This document shows, piece by piece, positions 50,355 through 62,427 of a stretch of 64,000 bases of DNA. Origin of the DNA: an uncultured Acidobacteriota bacterium (GTDB lineage Bacteria; Acidobacteriota; JAQAZP01); the NCBI GenBank assembly GCA_963836075.1, contig CAWIIB010000001.1, positions 1,920,001-1,984,000 on the forward strand. The letters run 5' to 3'. The notes under the pieces are model-generated. The model did not search any database and had not been told where the DNA came from. It was given only the letters and a program-made list of their open reading frames with translations. The first letter of the stretch is position 1. The number at the start of each line of letters is the position of its first letter. The translations under genes were made by a program, and so were the position numbers.

Positions 50355-51095
50355 ATGATATTCGACGGCTTTTTGAACGGACGCAAGGGGAACGGCCCGG
50401 AGAGCAGCGGCGAGGTGATCCTGATGCAGGGGATCACCAAGGTCTACGACACGGGCAAGGTCAAGGTGGAGGCGGTCCGCGGGGTGGACCTCCGGGTGGA
50501 ACAGGGTGAGTTCGTGGCCATCACCGGCCCCTCCGGTTCGGGCAAGAGCACGCTGATGAACCTCATCGGCTGCCTCGACACGCCCACCGGCGGCGAGTAT
50601 CTGTTGAGCGGTGAAAGGGTGGCCGGGCTGAGCCGCGAGGCGCTGGCCGCCATCCGCAACCGCCGGGTGGGCTTCATCTTCCAGAATTTCAACCTGCTGC
50701 CGCAGATCAGCGCCTGGGAGAACGTCGAACTGCCGATGCTTTTTGGCGGCTGGTCGAAAAGAAAACGGAAACAGCGGGTGGGTGAGCTGCTGGAGCGTGT
50801 GGGCCTGGCCGACCGGATGTCGCACAAACCCACCGAACTTTCCGGCGGCCAGATGCAGCGGGTGGCCATCGCCCGGGCCCTGGCCATGGACCCGGACATC
50901 ATCCTTGCCGACGAACCGACCGGCAACCTGGACAGCTCGGCCGGCGGCGACATCATGGAACTCTTCGAGGAACTGTGGAAACAGGGCCGCACGGTGCTGG
51001 TGATCAGCCACGATCCGGCTTTGGCCCGCCGTGCCCAGCGGCAGGTGGAGATCCGTGACGGGCTGATCTGCAGCGACGGTCAGCTGGCCGCTTGA
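50355..51095 (+). CDS. ABC ATP-binding protein (MacB/LolD type)
   Basis: GPSGSGKS, LSGGQ, ILADEPTGNLD. Confidence 0.95.
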   Translation: MIFDGFLNGRKGNGPESSGEVILMQGITKVYDTGKVKVEAVRGVDLRVEQGEFVAITGPSGSGKSTLMNLIGCLDTPTGGEYLLSGERVAGLSREALAAIRNRRVGFIFQNFNLLPQISAWENVELPMLFGGWSKRKRKQRVGELLERVGLADRMSHKPTELSGGQMQRVAIARALAMDPDIILADEPTGNLDSSAGGDIMELFEELWKQGRTVLVISHDPALARRAQRQVEIRDGLICSDGQLAA

Positions 51096-51248
51096 GCTTT
51101 CCTCCGCCGCCGGCCCGGGTCCGAACCCCGGAAGCCGGTGAGGTGGTACCGTACCCCCGAATCATCTTCCCTGGCACATTTCCCTTGACACGGCCACCGC
51201 AATCTGATTAATTATTAAATCGTATTATTTCCTATTTGAGACTCACGC

Positions 51249-53984
<2,736 letters not shown>

Positions 53985-54013
53985 TCCGCGCGCAGGGAAG
54001 CTAGCGGCAACAG

Positions 54014-54043
54014 GGGCGGGAGGGATGACCCTCCCGCCCTTTT
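54014..54043 (+). terminator. Rho-independent terminator after katG
   Basis: gggcgggaggg-atga-ccctcccgccc-tttt. Confidence 0.85.
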
Positions 54044-54137
54044 CGTTGCGGCCGCCGCTCGCTCACTGCGGCAACATTTCGAATTTCACCTTGGAGCATG
54101 CGCCAGCTCCGGGCTTGTTTTGGCGAGGAAAGGGACG

Positions 54138-55820
54138 ATGAATCAGTCACCACCGGCGAACACCCCGCCGAATCCACGGGAAAAGAATCCCGAAGCGTTC
54201 CCCGTGCTGAGCGAAGAACAGATCCGGTTGATCGCGGAGCACGGTGCCCGGCGCCGGTTCAGCGATGGCGAAGACGTCTGGGAAATCGGCAAGCCGATGG
54301 CATCGTTCTACGTGGTCACCAGTGGCGCGGTCGAAATCTTCCAGCTCAGCGGCACGGGCGAGCGCCACGAGGTGGTCGTGCACCTGGAGGGCGAGTTCAC
54401 CGGTGACATCGACCTGCTCTCCACCAGCGCCACCGTCGTCGGCGCCAGGGCTCGCGGGGAAACCGAGACGATCGAGCTGCCGGCCGACCGGCTGCGCAAG
54501 CTGGTGGTGGAGAACTCCGAACTGTCCGACATCATCCTCGCGGCCTTTCTGGCGCGGCGGCAGGAGCTGCTCGCCTCCGGACGGGGCTCGCTCACCATCA
54601 TCGGTTCCCGGTTCTCGCCGGAGACGTTCAGGATTCGGGAATTCCTCGAACGGAATTCAAGACCCTTCGAGTGGATCGACCTCGAGAACGACGAACGCGT
54701 CTCGGGACTGCTGGAGGCGTTCGGCGTGGGGGTCGATGACACGCCCATCGTGATCGATTCCGCTGGCGTGGTGACCCACAACCCGTCGGTGGAGGACATC
54801 GCCAGGTGTTACGGCCTGTCGCAGGTCGATGACAGCCAGATCTTTGACGTGATCGTGGTCGGCGGGGGACCCGCCGGCCTGGCCTCGGCGGTGTACGCCG
54901 CCTCGGAAGGCCTCGCCGTGCTGATCGTGGAAGCGATCGCACCCGGGGGCCAGGCGAGCACGAGTTCCAAGATCGAGAACTACCTCGGCTTTCCCACCGG
55001 GATTTCCGGGCGTGAACTGGCCCAGCGGGCCATTGTCCAGGCCACGAAGTTCGGGGCTGAGGTCGCTTCGCCACGGAAGGCACTCGGCCTCGACGTCAGT
55101 AGACGACCCTATGTGCTCGACATCGGGGAGGGGCAGACCGCCCGGGGGCGAACGGTGGTGATCGCCACCGGCGCCCGGTACCGGCGGCTCACCGTTGAAA
55201 ACGCCGATCGCTACGAGGGGCGGGGTATCTACTTCGGTGCCACTGCCATGGAAGCCCGCATGTGCAGCAACGAGGAAGTGTTGATCGTCGGCGGGGGAAA
55301 CTCGGCGGGCCAGGCCGCAGTATTTCTGAGCCAGAAAACCCGTCATGTCAATATCGCCATCCGCTCGGGTACGCTGGAGCACTCGATGTCGAAATACCTG
55401 ATCCACCGGATCGAGGCGACGCCGAATATAACCCTGCACCCCCACACCGAGATCACGGCGCTCGCCGGGGATGAGGCCCTGGAAAAGGTCGAGCTGACCG
55501 ACAATCAGGCTGGCGAGTCGCGGTGGGCCGATATCCGGCACGCCTTCATCTTCATCGGAGCCTCGCCGAACACCGGCTGGCTGCCGCCGGAAGTGCTGCT
55601 CGACACCAGGGGCTTCGTGCACACCGGCCGCGATCCACATCGCGAAGCCAAGGCGCCCGAACAGTGGCCCCTGACGCGCCAGCCCTACCTGCTGGAGACC
55701 AGCGTACCGGGCGTCTTTGCCGCCGGCGACGTGCGCTCAGGGTCGACGAAACGGGTGGCCTCGGCGGTCGGTGAGGGCTCGATTTCCGTCAGCTTCATCC
55801 ACCAGATACTGGCCGAATAG
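54138..55820 (+). CDS. cNMP-binding domain + glutaredoxin-like domain + thioredoxin-reductase-like FAD oxidoreductase
   Basis: FYVVTSGAV..GEFTGD (cNMP); GGGPAG, IENYLGFPTG, GGGNSAGQ, TSVPGVFAAGDV. Confidence 0.9.
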   Translation: MNQSPPANTPPNPREKNPEAFPVLSEEQIRLIAEHGARRRFSDGEDVWEIGKPMASFYVVTSGAVEIFQLSGTGERHEVVVHLEGEFTGDIDLLSTSATVVGARARGETETIELPADRLRKLVVENSELSDIILAAFLARRQELLASGRGSLTIIGSRFSPETFRIREFLERNSRPFEWIDLENDERVSGLLEAFGVGVDDTPIVIDSAGVVTHNPSVEDIARCYGLSQVDDSQIFDVIVVGGGPAGLASAVYAASEGLAVLIVEAIAPGGQASTSSKIENYLGFPTGISGRELAQRAIVQATKFGAEVASPRKALGLDVSRRPYVLDIGEGQTARGRTVVIATGARYRRLTVENADRYEGRGIYFGATAMEARMCSNEEVLIVGGGNSAGQAAVFLSQKTRHVNIAIRSGTLEHSMSKYLIHRIEATPNITLHPHTEITALAGDEALEKVELTDNQAGESRWADIRHAFIFIGASPNTGWLPPEVLLDTRGFVHTGRDPHREAKAPEQWPLTRQPYLLETSVPGVFAAGDVRSGSTKRVASAVGEGSISVSFIHQILAE

Positions 55821-55829
55821 CACGTAGCG

Positions 55830-56343
55830 CATGGCCCGACACTTCTGGCTGAGCCACGGGTAGCGTTCCGGGAACTCGGGGGCAATCCGCTCGGAAGCCG
55901 TCAATCCGGCCATCACCAGCGAGAAACCGATCGGCTGCTCACCCCAGTCGTCCGGCGTGCGGCCGGCAGATCCCGCGCTGTAACCCGCAAGACCAATCCA
56001 TCGTAGGGGTAGCTGTCCTCGAGTCGTTCGGATACCGGCTGGTCGACCGGGCAAACTGCCTGGCCTTGACGCCGTTGATTCACGTGCAGCCCAGTGGATG
56101 CCCGTTCAGCACTTAGATGAGCAGTGGTTTCTCTGCCTTGTGCGCCTGTGCGACCGCCTGGTCCAATCGCGGCTGCCAGTCGATCTTCAATTATGAGACT
56201 TCTTCGTCAGTTGGCTCGATGGCGGTCCGGAATCCCTCCATCGTCGACGCATCGAATTGCGGCAGTTGAGAAAAGGCCGCGCTGGACAGTGTCACCAGAC
56301 AGAAATACATAGGTACAGTGAAGAAAAATCTGCTCATGATCAT
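55830..56343 (-). pseudogene. Decayed secreted thioredoxin-like, probable selenoprotein gene
   Basis: MSRFFFTVP...EEVS*LKIDWQPRLDQAVAQAHKAEKPLLI*VLNGHPLGCT(TGA)ING; TAA at 56193-56191 and 56115-56113, TGA at 56082-56080; protein-like fragments continue in shifted frames. The family assignment is from recall, not a search. Confidence 0.6.
56036..56074 (-). other. Bacterial SECIS-like hairpin
   Basis: CGGC-GTC-AA-GGCCAGGCA-GTT-TGCCCGGTC-GAC-CA-GCCG; apical loop starts with G, 23 nt after the TGA. Confidence 0.5.
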
Positions 56344-56431
56344 TCCTTTTCTTCTCTGAATTGCGCGTCCGTTCACATCCGGCATCGGCGGTGGCAAACA
56401 TTGTCCACCGATGGTCTCGCTCGGCTCGGCC

Positions 56432-56806
56432 TCATTGAACTCGCTCGGCCGTCCATACCGCCAGGAAGTCACGTCCCAGCGAATGCGTGGTTCCCGACAG
56501 CCCACCATTTTCGAGGGTCCCGGTGGTGTGGTAAACGCCGGAATCATCAGAAGTTGTAAAGGCGAAGTGGACCGCGGCCCAGTCGGTGTTTATCCGACCA
56601 TTGCTGACTGGAGAGTTGTAGAAGCTCCCCTGCAGGATACGGCCGTCGATCCCCTCCACGATCAGTTCCTGGTACTACGGCTCGGCATCGGGGGTCGGGC
56701 GGAGGTCCACCTGCCAGGTTCCAAGCAGCGCCGCTCCGGATGGGGCCGCGTCCTGGCTGTCTCCCGTTCCGCAGGCGGTGCAGGTCTGTCTGGTCCGGGC
56801 TCTCAC
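56432..56806 (-). pseudogene. Decayed small beta-barrel-like exported protein gene
   Basis: LLGTWQVDLRPTPDAEP*YQELIVEGIDG...FLAVWTAERVQ with in-frame TAG at 56677-56675; signal region lacks a hydrophobic core. Confidence 0.6.
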
Positions 56807-57027
56807 TCATCTTGGTCCAACCGTACTCCAGGCAGGGACGGTTTCCCCGCCGGTCCGCTTTCACTGGCCGCAGGTGCAACTGATGTGATGAAAAGTCAAG
56901 TGACTCCCATGAGGCGGGTCAAGGAAATACGAGGATTGGTGGCTGTTGACTCGGAACGGGAAAATAACTATCCTCTTCGGCACTCCATTATTGCAAATTC
57001 GCAAACCGAACCGTAAAGGAGACTGAG

Positions 57028-57631
57028 ATGAAGAGAACAGGTCCTGCTGACGATGCTCTGCCTTTTCTGTTGCGCCACCCTGCTGCCGGCCCAGACCGTG
57101 ACCCAGGCGGCCGCCGAAGGCGAGAACGAAAAGATGGTGGGGCAGCTGGTTGAGGTGCACGCGGTTGTGCAGGCCATCGACCTCGAGACCCGTGAAGTGA
57201 CCCTGAAGGACGAAGAGGGTGAAGAGTTTACCATCGTGGCCGACGAACAGGCACGAAACCTGGACCAGCTGGTGATCGGCGACAGGGTTCTGATTCAGTA
57301 CTACGAACAGCTGACCCTGGCGCTGGAGAAGATCGAGGGCGGCATGCCGTCCATGTCGGAGAAAGTGGCCACCGACCGGGCCAAGAAGGGCGACAAGCCC
57401 GGCGGCATCGAGATGCGGGAAGTGACCATCACCGCTGAGATCGTGGCTATCGACAAGGAAGCCTCCACCGTGACCCTCACCGGCCCCAAGGGCCGTTCGG
57501 TGACCCTGGAAGTCAAACCCGAGCGTCTGGAGCAGGTCAAGGTTGGCGACCTGGTCTCGGCCGTCTACAGCGAGGCGCTGGCCATCTCGGTGGCCAAGGC
57601 GCCGGCTGAAGCACCGGCCGACAAAAAGTAG
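57028..57631 (+). CDS. Exported hypothetical protein with two beta-rich repeats; +1 indel near 57040
   Basis: AAGGAG RBS before ATG 57028; dropping one G gives MKRTVLLTMLCLF; repeats AVVQAIDLETREVTLK / AEIVAIDKEASTVTLT. Confidence 0.75.
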
Positions 57632-57637
57632 CAGCTA

Positions 57638-57676
57638 ACGGCCCGCCGGCGCCGTGCACGCTTGCCGGCGGGCCGT
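57638..57676. terminator. 13-bp hairpin between convergent genes
   Basis: acggcccgccggc-N13-gccggcgggccgt. Confidence 0.55.
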
Positions 57677-57696
57677 GTGATTTTCTCCCCGCCCGC

Positions 57697-59101
57697 TCAC
57701 TGGTCCAGATACCCCAGGGCCCTCAGGTTCTCCGCCACGTCCTCGTCCAGCGCCCCGGGGGTGAGTGTCCGTCGCTCTCCGCCATCTTCGCCCCACACCC
57801 CGTCCTGCAGCAGGTCCCGCAGCATGTCCCGCTGGAAGTGCGCCCTGCCGGCAAGGTTTATCGACTCACCCGGGTCGGCCGCCAGGTTGTACAGCTCCTC
57901 CCGGCCGTTCTCGTCGACGATGTACTTCCAGCGGCCCGAGCGGAGGCTGCGGGTACTGGTGGGGGTAAACGTCCGGGGTTATGGCATAGACCGGGGCCGG
58001 CTCACCAGGTTGCCCGTTGATCAGGGGCAGCAGGCTGCGGCCCCGGAACTCCACGGGCCGGGGAACGCCGAGGATCTCGAGAATGGTGGGGGCCAGGTCG
58101 ATCAGGCCCACCGGCGTGTCCACCACCCGCGGCTCGTGCTGGCCCGGGAAATGGAGCACCAGCGGCACCCGCAGCTGGCCCTGGTAGGCGAACCAGCCGT
58201 GCTCGAAGTAGAAGTCGTGCTCCCCCAGGCCCTCCCCGTGGTCGGCGGTGATTACCACCAGCATGTCATCGAGCTTTCCCGCACTCTCCAGACCGTTGAT
58301 CAGCCGCCGCAACTGGGCGTCGGTGGAGCGGATCTCCGCGTCGTACTGGGCGATGTAGAAATCGGTCTCCCGCCGTCGAGGGTGCGTCAGATACGGCTGC
58401 TGCTGGTAGCGGGGTACGGCTCCGAGGACGAAGTTCTTGTTGTATCCCTCCAGCGGTTCGTAGTCCAGCCGCACCTTCCGTGACGGGTCATAGATCGGGT
58501 CGTCGAGGTACATCTCGTCGAAGCGGTCCGGCGGTGCATATTTTCCGTGGGGATCGTTGTAGTGCACCCAGACGAAGAAATCAGCAGGCATCGGGGCCTC
58601 GAAACGCTGCAGCACCGTTTCGGTCAGTCCAAAGGCCTGCCAGGGCTGAAAGGTGAATTCGTCGAAGCCCTGGGTGATCCCCCGTTCCTCGATCAGGTTG
58701 CCGTTGCTGCTGAAGGCGATGGTGTGGAAGCCCTGGTCGCGCAGCAGCTCGGCCAGGGTCACCGCCTCCGGGGCCAGCACGTTGCGGTTGGAGAGCACCC
58801 CGGCACCCACGGGGTAACGGGAGGTCATCATCGAGGCCACCGACGGGAGCGTCTTGGGGATCTGGGCCGAAACGTCGAGAAACACCGTGCTCCGGCCGGC
58901 CAGCCGTTCCAGAAAGGGTGCGGTGGCCCGCGGGTAGCGATGGTGACCGAGGTGGTCCGCCCGCAGGGTGTCGATGGTGACCAGCAGGACACCGGACGGG
59001 GGGCGCTGGGGCAACGGCTCCGGTGAGCGGCACTGTGAGCAGAGCAGTCCCGCGGTGAGCAGAACGGCGAGCAGCGGGATGGTGCCAGGGCCTCGGTTCA
59101 T
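57697..59101 (-). CDS. Sulfatase-like (alkaline phosphatase superfamily) exported protein; +1 frameshift near 57952
   Basis: LVTIDTLRADH, KTLPSVASMMTS, HYNDPH, YDAEI, TADHGE; other frame continues RSLRSGRWKYI...ELYNLAADPGE...LRALGYLDQ*. Confidence 0.88.
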
Positions 59102-59275
59102 CGTTGACGTCCTTCCGGTGGGTCCCGGGAACCCCTAGCATAATGAAATCAGCCGCCCCGTATCAAACAGCCGGAACGAATCGCCCATTTTCCCGTTTTT
59201 ATAAAGATAGCGGAGCGGGGGCGCTGTGTATCCCCCCGCCCGACATCATTCAGTATCCGCGAGGAGAAGACCAGC

Positions 59276-60379
59276 ATGATCAGGAAAAGTGCATTTATCG
59301 TGATTCTTGCCGCCACTGCCCTGTACGCGGCCGTGGCCCAGGGTGAAGACTGCCGCACGGCCCGGGAGGTGATTGAGAAGAACCTCGAGGCGGTGGGCGG
59401 GGTTGAACGGATCAGGGCCTTGGAGTCGCTGGTGCTCCGGGGGGCCAGCGGCAGCGCCCTGCTGCCCCCCAGCGAAGAGGTGACCCTCTACCTGCTGAAG
59501 CCGGACCGGCTGAAACAGGTGGGCGACTTCCGGGTGGTGCTCTGCGACGGCGGGCGCTATCTCTACAACGACGGCACCGCGGAGAGCGAGATGACCGGCG
59601 GAACCCTGGAGGGGATGCTCTACCGTCTCGGCTTCTACCACGGCGCCTTCAGCCTGCTGAAGTGGGAGCAGTATTTCGACACCGCCGAGCTGGCGGGGGT
59701 CAAGGACTACGGCCTCACCCGGCAGTACGAACTCCGCTTTCCCGGGGCGGAGAACGGGCGCGACCTGCTGGTCTACATCGATGCCGAGACCATGCTCATC
59801 GACCGGCTGGTCTACCTCAAGAGCCAGGAGGGAGCCGGGCTGCTCAAGGTGGTCAACCAGCTCCGCGACTGGGAGGAGCACGGCGGGCTGACGGTCCCCA
59901 CCAGGATCGTCTTCGACACCATCGGCTGGGAGGCCAGCCCCAGCCACTTCGTGATCAGCGAGTTCCTGGTCAACGAACCGGTGGACCCGGCGATCTTCGA
60001 GACCGCGTCCATCGACTTCGGAACGGTCACGGTGGGCGAGGGGCGGGTGCAGGGTGAGATCTACGGCGAGATGGACGGCACCCTGCTGACCAATGTGCGG
60101 ATCGAGGACCTGGCCCAGGCGGGCATCGAACAGCTGGACTGGGTCACCTTCCGCATGGGCGACTTCAGCATGAAGATGCGTTTCCTCGAAAACATCCAGG
60201 CCAGCGCCGCCTGGATCAAGCCCGAAGAGATCTATGTCACCCGCTACCTGATCTCCGGTTTCCCCCGCATCCTGCTCCTCGGCTGGAACATGGACCTGAA
60301 GGAAAAGATCCCCTGCGAAAAAGGTGACACATTTAACATCACCCTCCTGGAAAAGCACGTGGAGGAGGCCGGTCAATGA
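59276..60379 (+). CDS. Exported hypothetical protein
   Basis: Signal peptide; TAREVIEKNLEAVGG N-terminus and NEPVDPAIF typical of LolA-like beta-rich exported proteins; overlaps the next gene. Confidence 0.7.
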   Translation: MIRKSAFIVILAATALYAAVAQGEDCRTAREVIEKNLEAVGGVERIRALESLVLRGASGSALLPPSEEVTLYLLKPDRLKQVGDFRVVLCDGGRYLYNDGTAESEMTGGTLEGMLYRLGFYHGAFSLLKWEQYFDTAELAGVKDYGLTRQYELRFPGAENGRDLLVYIDAETMLIDRLVYLKSQEGAGLLKVVNQLRDWEEHGGLTVPTRIVFDTIGWEASPSHFVISEFLVNEPVDPAIFETASIDFGTVTVGEGRVQGEIYGEMDGTLLTNVRIEDLAQAGIEQLDWVTFRMGDFSMKMRFLENIQASAAWIKPEEIYVTRYLISGFPRILLLGWNMDLKEKIPCEKGDTFNITLLEKHVEEAGQ

Positions 60380-61602
60380 GAGACAAGGAGAAGACGATGA
60401 GCAGTCAGGATATCAACCGGCGCCGGTTTCTCATGGCCGGCGCCCTGGGGCTGGCCGGGGCCCCGCTCCTCCAGTCCTGTGGCGGGGAAAAGAGCACGCC
60501 GGTCACCGGGACGGCCGACGCAGCCGGCGCGGCCGACACCGGGCCGCGGATCCGTAAATACAACACTCTCGGCCGCACCGGTCTGCAGGTCTCCGACATC
60601 AGTCTCGGCGGGGCCACCGAGGAGCCGGTGCTGCGCTACGCCCTGGACCGCGGGATCAACCTCTACGACACCGCCGAGCAGTATCATTCGGGTGAGCATG
60701 AGCGTTATATCGGCCAGGCATTCAAGGGCAGCCTGCGGGACAAAGTGGTGGTGATCACCAAGCACGTTCACGGGCTCGAGGCACCGATCACCCGCCAGAA
60801 CGTGATCGAGCGTTTCGACGCCAGCCTCGAGCGGATGGGCTATGACTACGTGGACATCGCCATGCTGCACCATGTGGCCGACCCGGCAACATTCGAGAAC
60901 GAGGAACTGCTGGGGGCCTACGAGGCCCTCCGGCAACAGGGCAAGTTCCGCTTCCTGGGCTTCTCCACCCACGACGCGGAAAAGGTGATCCCCGGGGCCA
61001 TCGATTCCGGGCTCTTCGACGTGATGCTGATGATTTACAACTCGATCCAGTATCCCCAGCGCAGCGAACTGATCACCCGGGCCCGCCAGGCCGGTATCGG
61101 GACCATGGCGATGAAGACCATGGCCGGCCGGCAGCAGGACCGGGTGGCCGGTCTGGTGAACGAGAAAACCACCTTCTCCCAGGCGGCGATCAAGTGGGCG
61201 CTCAGCGACCCCAGCCTGGACAGCGTACTGATCTCCATCCGCACCTTCGAGCACGTGGACGAATACTGCGGCGCTTCGGGCCGGACGCTGACCTCGGCTG
61301 ACGAGGCGGTGCTGGGCAAGTACGAAACGGCGGTGAACAACCAGTTCTGCCGCATCGGCTGCACCACCTGCCAGGCCAGTTGCCCCGAACAGGTGGCGGT
61401 GGGCGACATCATGCGCTTCGGGATGTACTACGAGAACTACGGCAACGAAAAGCAGGCGATCCTGGAATATGCCGCGCTCAACGGCCGCAACCGGGCCTCG
61501 GCCTGCCTCACCTGCCGTTCCGGCGCCTGCGAGACGGCCTGCCCGCACAATCTCTCCATCAGGGAGCGGTTGGTGCGCTACGACGGGATGCTGAGAGTTT
61601 GA
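60376..61602 (+). CDS. Tat-exported aldo/keto reductase with C-terminal 4Fe-4S dicluster domain
   Basis: NRRRFL twin-arginine and LQSC lipobox-like; LGRTGLQVSDISLG, DTAEQY, GFSTH, AMKT; CRIGCTTCQASCP, CLTCRSGACETACP. Confidence 0.88.
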   Translation: MRDKEKTMSSQDINRRRFLMAGALGLAGAPLLQSCGGEKSTPVTGTADAAGAADTGPRIRKYNTLGRTGLQVSDISLGGATEEPVLRYALDRGINLYDTAEQYHSGEHERYIGQAFKGSLRDKVVVITKHVHGLEAPITRQNVIERFDASLERMGYDYVDIAMLHHVADPATFENEELLGAYEALRQQGKFRFLGFSTHDAEKVIPGAIDSGLFDVMLMIYNSIQYPQRSELITRARQAGIGTMAMKTMAGRQQDRVAGLVNEKTTFSQAAIKWALSDPSLDSVLISIRTFEHVDEYCGASGRTLTSADEAVLGKYETAVNNQFCRIGCTTCQASCPEQVAVGDIMRFGMYYENYGNEKQAILEYAALNGRNRASACLTCRSGACETACPHNLSIRERLVRYDGMLRV

Positions 61603-61651
61603 CGTCGGAGCCGGGGCCGCAGTCGGGTAGAATGGGGGCAGGAGGATCACC

Positions 61652-62341
61652 ATGGCCACAGAAGCATACTTCACCCCTGCCCTCTTCACCTGGCTCCGGC
61701 AGCTGAAGAAAAACAACAACCGCGAGTGGTTCCTGCAGCACAAGGACCGTTATCACGAAGCGGTGCGCGACCCGCTGCTCCGTTTCATCGCCGACTTCGG
61801 CCCGCGGTTGGAGAAAATCAGCCCTCACTTCCTCGCCGACCCCCGTCCCTCCGGCGGCTCCATGTTCCGTATCTACCGCGACACGCGGTTCTCCAGGGAC
61901 AAGAGCCCCTACAAGACCCACGCTGCGGCCCAGTTCCGCCACGAGAGGGGCAAGAACGTGCACGCACCCGGGTTCTACCTGCACCTTGAACCCGGGGAAC
62001 CCTTTGTGGGCGGTGGGATCTGGCACCCCGACTCGAAGGCCCTGACCGGGATCAGGAAACTGATCGTCGAAGAACCGGCCGCTTGGAAGAAGTCGATCTC
62101 CGGCAAGGCATTCAGGGACGACTTCGCCCTGGGCGGCGAATCGCTCAAGCGGCCGCCCCGCGGGTTCGATCCCGACCATCCGCTGGTGGAGGAGCTCAAG
62201 CGGAAGGACTTTATCGCCTTCACCCGGTTCAGCGAAGAGGAGGTCTGCGCTCCGGACTTCCTCAACACCTTTACCCGGGCCTGCCGGACCATGAGCCCCT
62301 TTGTCCGCTTTCTCACCCGGGCGGTCAGCGTCCCGTTCTAG
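61652..62341 (+). CDS. DUF2461 (TIGR02453) family protein
   Basis: LKKNNNREWF, FRIYRDTRFSRDKSPYKT, LKRPPRGF. Confidence 0.92.
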   Translation: MATEAYFTPALFTWLRQLKKNNNREWFLQHKDRYHEAVRDPLLRFIADFGPRLEKISPHFLADPRPSGGSMFRIYRDTRFSRDKSPYKTHAAAQFRHERGKNVHAPGFYLHLEPGEPFVGGGIWHPDSKALTGIRKLIVEEPAAWKKSISGKAFRDDFALGGESLKRPPRGFDPDHPLVEELKRKDFIAFTRFSEEEVCAPDFLNTFTRACRTMSPFVRFLTRAVSVPF

Positions 62342-62427
62342 CCCCTCGTTTGACTGCTGGGCTGCCGGTTGGCTATCCTCTAGGGTCTGTCGGCTGAACA
62401 GAGAACCCGGTATCCCGAGGAGATCCG

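Noticed and set aside
46737-51095. MacAB-like ABC system as the exporter for the CTD proteins
   Set aside because: It is an ordinary, widespread four-gene arrangement with no outer-membrane component here; only loose proximity supports a link.
56113-56193. TAA reassigned to Trp (alternative genetic code)
   Set aside because: TAA ends clearly complete genes here (23701, 43756, 31212) and TGG is used normally.
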